Positions 40,448-49,525 of a DNA stretch of 64,000 nt are shown here, in pieces. Numbering within the stretch: position 1 is the stretch's first letter; every line of letters starts with the position of its first letter. The stretch covers positions 13,858 through 77,857 of the forward strand of contig JBJMKZ010000050.1 of the NCBI GenBank assembly GCA_045805565.1, read 5' to 3'. Source of the DNA: Solirubrobacteraceae bacterium. Its GTDB lineage: Bacteria; Actinomycetota; Thermoleophilia; Solirubrobacterales; Solirubrobacteraceae. Position numbers and translations under genes: made by a program. The notes below the pieces were generated by a model. That model ran no database searches and was not told the origin of the DNA. It saw nothing but the letters and a program-made list of their open reading frames with translations.

Positions 40448-41472
40448 CGCCGGGGCTCCTCGCGCTCGGCGAAGGCCAGCTCGCGGGACAGGTGGCGCCC
40501 GTCGGGCTCCGGCGCCTGGACCTGCTCCTCCTCGGAGGGATGTCCGGTGAGGGTGAGGAAGACGTCGTCCAGCGTCGGCCGGCGCAGTCCCAGGTCGCTC
40601 ACCGGGACGCCGGCCTGCTGAAGCGCTCGCGACGCCTCGCTGACCATCGCCACCCCGTCGTGCGGCGCCGGCAGCGTGAGCTGGCGCTCCAGCTCGCTGG
40701 GCTGCGGCTCGCCGCAACCGAGCGAGTGCAGCGCCTCCCGGGCTCGGTCGCGATAGACGGGGTCGGCGACGGTGACCTCGATCATCTGGCCGCCCACCGA
40801 GTCCTTGAGCTCGTCGCCGGTGCCCTCGGCGATCACCCGGCCGTGGTCGATCACCGCGATGCGGTCCGCGAGCTGGTCGGCCTCCTCCAGGTACTGGGTG
40901 GTGAGCAGCAGGGTCGAGCCCGCGCGCACCAGCTCGCGGACGACGTCCCAGATCTGGTTGCGGCTGCGCGGGTCCAGCCCCGCGGTCGGCTCGTCCAGGA
41001 ACAGGACGGGCGGTCTGGTGAGCAGGCTGGAGGCGAGGTCCAGCCGCCGGCGCATGCCGCCCGAGTACGTGCTGGCCGGCCGGTCGGCGGCGCCGGCGAG
41101 GTCCAAGCGCTCCAGCAGCTCGTCGGCGCGGCGCTCGGCCTCCCTGCGCTCGAGCCGGAACAGGCGCCCGAACATCCGCAGGTTCTCGCGGCCGGTCAGG
41201 ATCTCGTCGATCGCCGCGAACTGGCCGGTCAGCGCGATCAGCTCGCGGACCCGCTGCGCCTCGCGCACCACGTCGTGGCCGAGCACGCTGGCGCGGCCCT
41301 GGTCGGGCGACAGCAGCGTGGCCAGCACCCGCACCATGGTGGTCTTGCCGGCGCCATTGGGCCCGAGCAGCCCGAGCACCGTCGCGCGCTGGACCTCGAG
41401 GTCGACGCCTCGCAGGGCGGTCGTGTCCCCGAAGCGCTTGACCACGTTGCGTGCTTCGACCGCGGGCGCCAT
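40444..41472 (-). CDS. ABC transporter ATP-binding protein (DrrA-like)
   Basis: Walker A is GPNGAGKTT, the signature is YSGGMRRRL, and Walker B is VLFLDEPT. Confidence 0.9.
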   Translation of the reverse strand: MAPAVEARNVVKRFGDTTALRGVDLEVQRATVLGLLGPNGAGKTTMVRVLATLLSPDQGRASVLGHDVVREAQRVRELIALTGQFAAIDEILTGRENLRMFGRLFRLERREAERRADELLERLDLAGAADRPASTYSGGMRRRLDLASSLLTRPPVLFLDEPTAGLDPRSRNQIWDVVRELVRAGSTLLLTTQYLEEADQLADRIAVIDHGRVIAEGTGDELKDSVGGQMIEVTVADPVYRDRAREALHSLGCGEPQPSELERQLTLPAPHDGVAMVSEASRALQQAGVPVSDLGLRRPTLDDVFLTLTGHPSEEEQVQAPEPDGRHLSRELAFAEREEPRR

Positions 41473-41610
41473 GGGCTGTCAGCCGCCCATCGCCCGGATC
41501 TGGCCCCGGACCGGCATCGGCCTCAGGTTAGTGATCGGCGGATCTCCGCCGGTGATCGCGCCGCCCCGGCGTTCGCCGGCGGGACGACCGTTATCTTGGC
41601 GCTCGTGTCG

Positions 41611-42393
41611 ATGCCCATGGACCTCGTGCTCGTCCGTCACGGCGAGAGCGAAGGCAACGAGGCGGTGCGCCGGGCCAGGGCCGGCGACGAGTCGCTGCTC
41701 GACCGCCTGCGCGAGCGACACAGCTCGTTCTGGCGGCTCACCGACCAGGGGGTCGCCCAGGCGAGGCGCTCGGGCGAATGGCTGCGGGACGCCTTTCCGC
41801 AGGGGTTCGATCACCACTACGCCTCCGAGTACGTCCGGGCGATGGAGACCGCGGCCTGGCTCGCGCTGCCCGGAGCCGAATGGACGCTGCACCCCGACCT
41901 GCGCGAGCGCTCGTGGGGCGACCTCGACCGGTTGACCCCGGCCGAGCGCCGCCAGCACTTCGCCGCCTCGCTCGAGGAGAAGGCGACGTCGCCCTTCTAC
42001 TGGCGCCCGCCCAATGGCGAGTCGATGGCCGATGTCTGCGCTCGCCTGGTCGGCATCCTCCACAGCCTTCGCCACGAGTGCGCCGAGGGCCGCGCGATCC
42101 TGGTCTGCCACGGGGAGGCGATCGGTGCCTTCCGGGCCAAGCTCGAGCAGATGTCCCAGATGGACTACGAGCGCTGGTCGACCGACCCCGGCGAGAAGAT
42201 CGCCAACGGCGAGGTCATCCACTACACGCGCCGGGATCCCGAGGGTGGGGCGATCGCCGCCCACCTCGAGTGGCGGCGCTCCATCGTCCCCGGCGACGAC
42301 AGCCGCTCCAAGCCGTGGGAGAGGATCCGCCGTCCGCGCTACGACGCGGACGGGCTCCTCGCCGCCAGCCAGGACGTGCCGCGCCTGATATGA
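41611..42393 (+). CDS. Histidine phosphatase (phosphoglycerate-mutase-like) family protein
   Basis: The catalytic RHG motif is LVLVRHGESEGN, and the later His is in ILVCHGEAI. The ORF-track start at 40492 is antisense to the ABC genes. Confidence 0.8.
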   Translation: MPMDLVLVRHGESEGNEAVRRARAGDESLLDRLRERHSSFWRLTDQGVAQARRSGEWLRDAFPQGFDHHYASEYVRAMETAAWLALPGAEWTLHPDLRERSWGDLDRLTPAERRQHFAASLEEKATSPFYWRPPNGESMADVCARLVGILHSLRHECAEGRAILVCHGEAIGAFRAKLEQMSQMDYERWSTDPGEKIANGEVIHYTRRDPEGGAIAAHLEWRRSIVPGDDSRSKPWERIRRPRYDADGLLAASQDVPRLI

Positions 42394-42456
42394 GGATCGC
42401 CGCCGCTCGGGCGCCCTGAGCGCCGCCGGACTCGGCCAGATAGAACTACCCGGCCA

Positions 42457-43728
42457 ATGCGAGGACTAGAGCGCCAGACCTCGATCTACCTGGGCGGCGT
42501 CAGCGGGACGCGCCCCCGGGTGCCGGTCTCGTTCGGGGCGCTGGAGTCGATGGCGCGCGAGGCGATGTCGCCCGAGGCGTTCGCCTACGTGGCCGCCGGC
42601 GCCGGCGACGAGCGGACCGTCGCCGCCAACCGGGCGGCGTTCGACCGCTGGCGCATCGTGCCGCGGATGCTGCGCGACGTCTCGCAGCGCGACATCTCGG
42701 TGCAGCTGTTCGGCCGGCGCCTGCCCACCCCCTTCCTGTTGGCGCCGATCGGGGTGCTCGAGCTGGCCCACCCCCAGGCCGATGCGGCGGTCGCCCGGGC
42801 GGCCCGGGCCGAGGGGCTCCCGATGATCTTCTCCAACCAGGCGTCCACGCCGATGGAGACCGTGGCGCAGGCGCTGGGAGAGACGCCGCGGTGGTTTCAG
42901 CTCTACTGGAGCCGCTCGGACGAGGTGGTCGAGAGCTTCGTGACCCGGGCGCAGGCCTGCGGCTGCTCGGCGATCGTGGTCACCCTCGACACCACGATCC
43001 TGGGCTGGCGCCCGCGCGACCTCGACCCCGCCTACCTGCCCTTCCTGCGCGGCAAGGGCATCGCCCAGTACACGAGCGACCCGGTGTTCCAACGGCTCGT
43101 CTCCGAGGACGCCGCGGGTGGCGAGCCGGAAGACGACACCCCCGAGCCGCGGCCCTCGCTGGCCGCCCTGCGGACGCTGATCAACCTCACCCGCGCCTAT
43201 CCCGACCGCTTCTGGCCCACGCTGCGCTCGGGGCGCGGACGCGCCGCCGTCCAGCGCTTCGTCAACAGCTACTCGCGCCCGTCGCTGACCTGGGACGACC
43301 TGCCGTTCCTGCGCGAGCGCACCAGCCTGCCGATCCTGCTCAAGGGGCTGCTGCACCCCGACGACGCGCGCCGCGCCGTCGACTCGGGGATGGACGGGAT
43401 CGTGGTCTCCAACCACGGGGGACGGCAGGTGGACGGCGCGATCGCCACCCTCGACGCCCTCCCGGGCGTGCTCGAGGCGGTGGAGGGGCGGGTGCCGGTG
43501 CTGCTGGACAGCGGGATCCGAGGCGGGTCGGATGCGTTCAAGGCGCTGGCGCTGGGCGCCGCCGCCGTCCTGATCGGCAGGCCGTACGTCTACGGGCTCG
43601 GGATCGCCGGGGCGCAGGGGGTGCGCGAGGTGATCCAGAACTACGTCGCCGACTTCGACCTGACCATGGGGCTGGCGGGGTGCCGGTCGGTGGCAGAGGT
43701 CCGGGCCGAGGCGCTCGTTGCGGCGTAG
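42457..43728 (+). CDS. FMN-dependent alpha-hydroxy-acid oxidase/dehydrogenase (lactate 2-monooxygenase-like)
   Basis: Blocks: FDRWRIVPRML, WFQLYW, TLDT, VSNHGGRQVDG, LDSGIRGGSD. Confidence 0.85.
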   Translation: MRGLERQTSIYLGGVSGTRPRVPVSFGALESMAREAMSPEAFAYVAAGAGDERTVAANRAAFDRWRIVPRMLRDVSQRDISVQLFGRRLPTPFLLAPIGVLELAHPQADAAVARAARAEGLPMIFSNQASTPMETVAQALGETPRWFQLYWSRSDEVVESFVTRAQACGCSAIVVTLDTTILGWRPRDLDPAYLPFLRGKGIAQYTSDPVFQRLVSEDAAGGEPEDDTPEPRPSLAALRTLINLTRAYPDRFWPTLRSGRGRAAVQRFVNSYSRPSLTWDDLPFLRERTSLPILLKGLLHPDDARRAVDSGMDGIVVSNHGGRQVDGAIATLDALPGVLEAVEGRVPVLLDSGIRGGSDAFKALALGAAAVLIGRPYVYGLGIAGAQGVREVIQNYVADFDLTMGLAGCRSVAEVRAEALVAA

Positions 43729-43786
43729 CGCCCGCGTGCGGCGCGGTCGCAGTCGCGGTTAGACTCGCAGCGCAGCCTGTGAGGAC

Positions 43787-44629
43787 ATGAGCGTCGTCGC
43801 CTCGTTCGTCTCGGAGTTCTGGCACAACCAGCTGGTCGTCCACGATCGCCAGGCCCTGTTCCTGGTGCTGGTGGGGTTCCTCGGCTCGTTCGGCTTCATC
43901 CGCATGAGCACGCGGATCATGCGCAGCCCGCGCCTGTCCTGGTGGCCGGGCAGCGTGGTCAGCGAGGGCGGAGTGCACGTCCACCACCTGGTGTTCGGAA
44001 TCTGCCTCATGCTCGTCGGCGGGACGCTGGGCTACGCCTTCTTCGATTCGCCACCGTGGCGGGAGATCTGCGCGCTGGTTTTCGGCATCGGGGCGGGGCT
44101 GACCATCGACGAATTCGCCCTCTGGGTGTACCTGGATGACGTCTACTGGACCCGGCAGGGGCGCGTCTCGATAGATGCGACGGTGATCGCCGCCGGGGCG
44201 ATGGGGCTGGTCCTGCTCGGCGCACGGCCCTTCGACGTCGTCAGGGGCACTTCGATCGACGCCATCGCGACCGCGGCGGGGGTGCTCATCGTGCTGGCGG
44301 TCGTGGTCATCTGCTTCGCCAAGCAGCGCGTGATGCACGGCGCGGTCGGGCTCTTCTTCCTTCCCCTCGCCATCTACGGGGCGTCGCGGATCGGCAAGCC
44401 GCACTCGCCGTGGGCGAAGCGCTTCTACGGTGCGCGGCGGCCGCGCAAGCAAGCCAAGGCCGAGGATCGCTTCCGGCCGGACCGCCGCACCGAGCGGTTC
44501 AAGGAGCGCCTGCGCGACGCCATCGGGGGCGCTCCGACCGACGTGTACGAGGCGAAGCTGGCCTCCCGCTCCGAGCCCCCCAAGGCGGAGGAGCGCCAGC
44601 CGGTCGGGACCGTCGGGGAGGAGAAGTAG
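43787..44629 (+). CDS. Uncharacterized polytopic membrane protein, paralog A (HxHH / IDE motifs)
   Basis: 280 aa with about 6 TM helices. Motifs: GGVHVHHLVFGICLMLVGGTLGYAF and VFGIGAGLTIDEFALWVYLDDVYW. It has a basic C-terminal tail. Confidence 0.7.
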   Translation: MSVVASFVSEFWHNQLVVHDRQALFLVLVGFLGSFGFIRMSTRIMRSPRLSWWPGSVVSEGGVHVHHLVFGICLMLVGGTLGYAFFDSPPWREICALVFGIGAGLTIDEFALWVYLDDVYWTRQGRVSIDATVIAAGAMGLVLLGARPFDVVRGTSIDAIATAAGVLIVLAVVVICFAKQRVMHGAVGLFFLPLAIYGASRIGKPHSPWAKRFYGARRPRKQAKAEDRFRPDRRTERFKERLRDAIGGAPTDVYEAKLASRSEPPKAEERQPVGTVGEEK

Positions 44630-45750
44630 TGCTGATCAGGCGCACGGGCAGGCGCGGGGCGGCGGCGCGCGCGATCGAGCTCGGCGAGCTGCAGGACACC
44701 TTTCTGGTCTCTGCGGTGACCATGATCCTGATCATCCGCTTGCAGCTGTGGGCGACCAACTACCCGCAGCTCGGTGGCGGCAAGCTGCACATCGCGCACC
44801 TGCTGTGGGGCGGCCTGCTGATGCTGATCGCGATCGGGCTGCTGGTGACCTTCATCGACCGGCGCTGGCGGCATCCCGCCGCCGTGATCGGGGGAGCCGG
44901 CTTCGGCTTCTTCATCGACGAGGTCGGCAAGTTCGTCACATCCGACAACGACTACTTCTTCAAGCCGTCGGCGGCGATCATCTACATCGTCTTCATCTGC
45001 CTGTACTTCCTCACGCGCTGGATACGCTCGCGTCGCGGCTTCACGCCGCAGGAGTACTTGGCCAACTCGCTCGACGTCCTGGCGGACGGGGCTGCCCACG
45101 GCCTCACCGAGCACGACAAGCAGAAGGCGCTGCGGTTCCTGCACGAAGCCCGCGACGATCCGGTCGTGCCGGCGCTGCACGACTTGGTGGTGCGGACGCC
45201 CGTGCGTCCCACCCATGAGCGCCCGTGGCCGGCTCGGATGGCGCACCGGGCGCGCGAGCGATATGAGGGCGTCTCCCGGAGGTCGTGGTTCAGGAAGGTC
45301 GTGGTCGGGGTCTTCCTGGTCTACGCCGGGGTCAACGTGCTGTTTCTCATCGTCGTTGCGGTCGCCGTGCTCGTGGGAATCGTGACTCACGGCAATCTCA
45401 AGCTCGACTTCTCGGTCGTCCAGGCGGGCGATGGGATCTCGGATCTGGTGACAACCGCCCTCGTGGTGATCGGCGCGCTGCGTCTGCGCGCCCATCGGAC
45501 GCTCGACGGCTATCGGTTCTTCTACCGCGCCCTCCTGGTCCAGATATTCGTCGGCCAGATATTCGGCTTCATCGACCAGTCGTTCGTCGCGGTGTGGGGC
45601 TTCCTGGTCACGCTCGCGCTGCTGATCAGCGTGCGGCTGATGATCCAGCAGGAGGTCCGGCTGGAGGCCCAGCGCGAGCACGCGCGGGCCCTCGATGCCG
45701 GCGCCGGGGTCGCGGCGCCCGCGCCGGCGGCCGCCGGCGCGGGTCACTGA
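44629..45750 (+). CDS. Uncharacterized polytopic membrane protein, paralog B
   Basis: GTG 44629 overlaps the preceding TAG (TAGTG). Motifs GGKLHIAHLLWGGLLMLIAIGLLVTF and IGGAGFGFFIDEVGKFVTSDNDYFF align with paralog A. There is an extra C-terminal 4-TM region. Confidence 0.7.
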   Translation: MLIRRTGRRGAAARAIELGELQDTFLVSAVTMILIIRLQLWATNYPQLGGGKLHIAHLLWGGLLMLIAIGLLVTFIDRRWRHPAAVIGGAGFGFFIDEVGKFVTSDNDYFFKPSAAIIYIVFICLYFLTRWIRSRRGFTPQEYLANSLDVLADGAAHGLTEHDKQKALRFLHEARDDPVVPALHDLVVRTPVRPTHERPWPARMAHRARERYEGVSRRSWFRKVVVGVFLVYAGVNVLFLIVVAVAVLVGIVTHGNLKLDFSVVQAGDGISDLVTTALVVIGALRLRAHRTLDGYRFFYRALLVQIFVGQIFGFIDQSFVAVWGFLVTLALLISVRLMIQQEVRLEAQREHARALDAGAGVAAPAPAAAGAGH

Positions 45751-45787
45751 ATCCGGCGGTCCCGCCAACCCGGCGCGAGGCGGCCGA

Positions 45788-46831
45788 TCAATCGAGCCGC
45801 GCGGCCGCCTCGGCCCCCGCCTCGGCCAGGCGCACCACCAGGGCCTGGAAGTCGCGAAAGCTCTGGTCCACCTCGCCGTACGCGCCCGCCGCGTAGCGGG
45901 CGAACACGCCCTCGAGGATGATCGCCAGCTTCCAGAAGCCCAGCGCCACGTAGAAGTCGATCTGCGACAGGTCCCGCCCGGAGCGCTCGGCGTAGCGCTG
46001 AAGTAGCTGCTCGCGGGTCGGGAAGCCCGGCAGCGTGGTGGCAGCGTCCATCAGGGCGATCAGCTCATCCTCGGGCTGGGCCCAGTAGACCATCAGCAGC
46101 CCGACGTCGGCCAGCGGATCGCCGAGCGTGCACAGCTCCCAGTCCACCACCGCCGCGATCCGCCCGTCGGGCGAGAGGATCATGTTGTCGAGCCGGTAAT
46201 CGCCGTGGACGATCGTCGCCGGCCCTTGGTCGGGGATTCGACCCGCCAGCCGGTCGTGGACCTGGTCGATCGCCGGCAGCTCGCGGGTCTTGGACTGCTC
46301 CCACTGGCCGTGCCAGCGGCGAAGCTGGCGCGCCACGTAGCCCTCCTTGCGACCCAGCTCGCCCAGGCCGACTGCGTCGGGGTCGACGGCGTGGATGGCG
46401 GTCAGCGTGTCCGCCACCTGCTCGCCGATCGCCGCCCGCTGGGCCTCCTCGAACCGCTCGGCCGCCGCGCACTCGCGGACCACCAGCCCTTCGACGAAGC
46501 CCATGACGTAGAACGGCGCCCCGTTGACCGAGTCGTCTTCGCACAGGGCGACCGCGGGAGCGACCGGGACCTCGGTGTCGGCCAGGCCGCAGATCACGCG
46601 GTACTCGCGCCCCATGTCGTGGGCGGACCCGAGGCGCCGGCCCAGCGGCGGCCGGCGCAGCGCCCAGCAGCGGCCGCCCGTGTCGGTGACCCGGTAGGTG
46701 AGGTTGGAGCGCCCGCCCGACACCCGCTCGAAGCTCAACGGAGGCGCGGCGTCCGGCACGTGCTCGGCGAACCACGCCTCAACCGGCGCCTGGTCGATCC
46801 CCTCCGGCGCGTGCGCGGGTGCTTCGGCCAT
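45788..46831 (-). CDS. Phosphotransferase (APH/choline-kinase-like) family protein
   Basis: Blocks: GGRSNLTYRV, the Brenner-type catalytic loop HGDYRLDN, and VVDWELCTLGDP. Confidence 0.85.
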   Translation of the reverse strand: MAEAPAHAPEGIDQAPVEAWFAEHVPDAAPPLSFERVSGGRSNLTYRVTDTGGRCWALRRPPLGRRLGSAHDMGREYRVICGLADTEVPVAPAVALCEDDSVNGAPFYVMGFVEGLVVRECAAAERFEEAQRAAIGEQVADTLTAIHAVDPDAVGLGELGRKEGYVARQLRRWHGQWEQSKTRELPAIDQVHDRLAGRIPDQGPATIVHGDYRLDNMILSPDGRIAAVVDWELCTLGDPLADVGLLMVYWAQPEDELIALMDAATTLPGFPTREQLLQRYAERSGRDLSQIDFYVALGFWKLAIILEGVFARYAAGAYGEVDQSFRDFQALVVRLAEAGAEAAARLD

Positions 46832-46882
46832 CGCGGCGGGAGCGTACTGCGCCGCCGGCCGGCCGTCCCCCCCGGAACGCGC

Positions 46883-47587
46883 TCAGGAGGTGTGCTCGGT
46901 CCAGCGCTGGCCATCCCACCAGCGCAGGCGCGCCTGGCCGGACGGGTCCGGGTACCAGCCCCCGGGTGGGAGGGGGGTAGCCGCGGCGTCCGGCGCCGAG
47001 GTTGGCGCTCCGCTCGCCGCCATGGCGGCCTCGTGATCGAAGCGCCGGCGGCGACCGGCGGTGATCAGGGCGATCACGCCGCCCGCCAGCGGTCCCAGGA
47101 AGAGGAGCCCGAAGCCGCCGAGGGCTCCGGTGATCGTGCGGAACAGGCTGCGTCCCAGCGGCGGACCGACCACGACGTTCAGGTCCCGAACCGCCGGACC
47201 GGACGCGGCGATCCGGTAGCGACCCCTCCGCGCGGCGACGAAGGTGTACGCCGCCAGGCCCGACCGGTGCCCCGAGGTATACGTGAACGAGCTTCCGTAC
47301 CGGGCCAGCGCCAGCGGCCTGCCGGTCGAGGTCTCACGCACCTTGACCCGGACCGCGCCCGCGGCCGGCTTGTCCTCGCTCGACTCCACGTACACGGCAT
47401 GCTTGCCCGCCGCGAGCGTGAGCACTCGCTGCCCGGGCACCGGTATCCGTTCCAGCCGCTTGAGCTGCATCGCGATGCCCGACACGCTCAGCGTGATCAG
47501 CACCACGCCAAGGGCCAGCCCGACCACCCCGACCAGCCCGCCGATCCAGTAGCCGGCCGCGGAAGGGCGCTGAGCGTCGGAGCTCAC
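46883..47587 (-). CDS. Membrane protein with C-terminal DUF2510 motif
   Basis: There are two TM segments. The C-terminus is GWYPDPSGQARLRWWDGQRWTEHT. Confidence 0.7.
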   Translation of the reverse strand: MSSDAQRPSAAGYWIGGLVGVVGLALGVVLITLSVSGIAMQLKRLERIPVPGQRVLTLAAGKHAVYVESSEDKPAAGAVRVKVRETSTGRPLALARYGSSFTYTSGHRSGLAAYTFVAARRGRYRIAASGPAVRDLNVVVGPPLGRSLFRTITGALGGFGLLFLGPLAGGVIALITAGRRRRFDHEAAMAASGAPTSAPDAAATPLPPGGWYPDPSGQARLRWWDGQRWTEHTS

Positions 47588-47635
47588 CCGCGCAGCATCC
47601 CATGCGGGCCGGCTGCGCCGGCGCCGGAGCGCAGC

Positions 47636-48652
47636 TCAGCCGAACAGCGGCAGGCGCCGGCGCCGGGCCAGCGCGTCCATGCCGCGCTGGATGCTGCTCA
47701 CGACCTCGTCGTACTTGCGGTCGACGTAGTCGTCGTCCTCCGCGCGCTTGGGGTTGGAGTCGAACCCGATCGGCTCCTGGAACGCCGTGCGGATCTTGGT
47801 CGGGAACGGGACCTCGGGCAGCATCGCCGGCGCGACGCCCCAGGGCACGCTGATCGCGAACGGGAACACCTTCATCCGGGCTAGCTTGTCGAGCTGCAGC
47901 GCCTTGGCCAGCCGACGGCCGCTGAACAGCACCGGCATCGAGTCCGGCCCGCCCACCGTCGAGATCGGGACGATCGGCACGCCCGCCCTGATCGCGGTGC
48001 GCACGAAGCCCTTGCGCCCGGCGAGGATCGCCTCGTCGCGCTTGACCCAGGGGCGCAGCGAGTCGATCTCGCCACCCGGCCACAGCGCCACGTCGTGTCC
48101 GGCGGCCAGCGCCGCGGCGATGCTGTCGGGCGCCGCGGGCAGGACGCCCATCTTGCGGAAGTAGCTGCCGACCAGGGGCGCGACCATCAGAGCGTCGTGC
48201 GCCGTGCCGTGCAGGGGACGCTCCTCGCCGAAGTGCCGCCACCACTGGAGCCCGACCGTCCAGGCGTCCCAGACGAACGGCGCGCCGGAGTGGATGCCGA
48301 TCAGCAGCGCCGGCGGCTCGGGCAACCGCTCCCAACCCTCCATCTCCATCCGGAACCAGTAGTCGACCAGCGGGTTCCAGAAGTACTTCTGGCGGTCCAT
48401 CCAGCGGAAGTCGGGGCCGTCGAGGTTCCAGTCGCCGGCGCGCTCGGCGAACCACCCGGACGCCCCTCCCGCCGCCTTCTTGCGGCGCTCGTCGGCCTTC
48501 TCGGCGGCCTGCCTGGCGAAGCGATCGGCCTGGCGCTCGGGCCGGCCATCGCGTCCCTTCGCGGCCCCACGGCGCTGGGGCGATTGTTGCGCCCTGCCGT
48601 TGGAGCGCTGGCGATTGGAGGTCTGCGCCCTGGCCATGCCTGCTCCTCTCAT
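47636..48652 (-). CDS. Putative lysophospholipid/glycerolipid acyltransferase (PlsC/LPLAT-like) with basic disordered N-terminus
   Basis: LPLAT-like blocks: LLIGIHSGAPFVWD, ALWPGGE, GFVRTAIRAGVPIVPIS. The N-terminal roughly 70 aa are Arg/Gln/Lys-rich. Confidence 0.7.
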   Translation of the reverse strand: MRGAGMARAQTSNRQRSNGRAQQSPQRRGAAKGRDGRPERQADRFARQAAEKADERRKKAAGGASGWFAERAGDWNLDGPDFRWMDRQKYFWNPLVDYWFRMEMEGWERLPEPPALLIGIHSGAPFVWDAWTVGLQWWRHFGEERPLHGTAHDALMVAPLVGSYFRKMGVLPAAPDSIAAALAAGHDVALWPGGEIDSLRPWVKRDEAILAGRKGFVRTAIRAGVPIVPISTVGGPDSMPVLFSGRRLAKALQLDKLARMKVFPFAISVPWGVAPAMLPEVPFPTKIRTAFQEPIGFDSNPKRAEDDDYVDRKYDEVVSSIQRGMDALARRRRLPLFG

Positions 48653-48721
48653 CTGCGGTGCTGCCGCACCCCGCTTTTGGGCGCTATACCCGGCATGGCA
48701 GCCAGGAACACCCCGGGTCTG

Positions 48722-49486
48722 TCAGCCGCGCAGGAAGAGCAGGATGGCCACGGCGACGCCCAGGACCACGACCAACCACCGAAGCAGCGCCGGCGACAAT
48801 CGCCGCACCGCGGCGACCCCCACCTGCCCGCCGAGCAGGCTGGTGATCACCATGATCGCGGCGGCGCCCCAGGCCACCGGTCCGAACAGTGCGAAGTACA
48901 CGGCCGATGTTGCGCCGATGACCAGCGACAGCAGTCCCTTGAGGGCGTTGAGCCGGTGCAGGTCGTCGCGCAGGCCCAGGCCGAGAACCGCCAGCAGCAG
49001 GATCCCGAGGCCCCCGCCGAAGTAGCCACCGTAGATCGAGGTGACGAGCTGCCCCGCATGCAGGGGGATCGAGCGGTGGGCGCGGCGACCCCGCCCGGGC
49101 GGCAGCCGGCGCGAGATGGCCGGCTGCGCCGCCAACAGCGCGCACGACAGCAGGATCAGGAAGGGGACGATGCGCTCGAACAGCCGCTGCGGAGTCGCGG
49201 TCAGCAGCCAGGCTCCGGCGATCGCGCCGGCCACACTCGTAACGCCGAGAACGACCGCCCGGCGCCGCTGCCCCTCGAGCTCGCTGCGGTAGGCCAGCGA
49301 GCCGCCGACGTACCCCGGCAGCACCGCGACGGCGTTGGTCATGTTGGCGGGGACGCTGGGATAGCCCGCGGCCAGCAGCGCCGGGAACGAGATCAGCGAC
49401 CCTCCACCGGCGACGGCGTTCACCGCGCCGGCCGCCAACCCGGCCACGGCCAGGAGCGCCACCTCGGGCGCACCGAGATGCATCAC
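48722..49486 (-). CDS. TauE/SafE-family anion exporter
   Basis: Blocks: AGAVNAVAGGGSLISFPALL and a second half-repeat YGGYFGGGLGILLL. There are about 7-8 TM helices. Confidence 0.8.
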   Translation of the reverse strand: MMHLGAPEVALLAVAGLAAGAVNAVAGGGSLISFPALLAAGYPSVPANMTNAVAVLPGYVGGSLAYRSELEGQRRRAVVLGVTSVAGAIAGAWLLTATPQRLFERIVPFLILLSCALLAAQPAISRRLPPGRGRRAHRSIPLHAGQLVTSIYGGYFGGGLGILLLAVLGLGLRDDLHRLNALKGLLSLVIGATSAVYFALFGPVAWGAAAIMVITSLLGGQVGVAAVRRLSPALLRWLVVVLGVAVAILLFLRG

Positions 49487-49525
49487 GCCGGCGGGCGTCC
49501 CCGGCGCGGCGCCCGCGCCCGGCTT

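Noticed and set aside
41536-41551. Inverted repeat CGGCGGA-tc-TCCGCCG in the DrrA / histidine-phosphatase divergent region
   Set aside because: It is short and GC-only, and such palindromes arise easily by chance in this composition. No adjacent regulator gene links to it. I do not report it as a feature.
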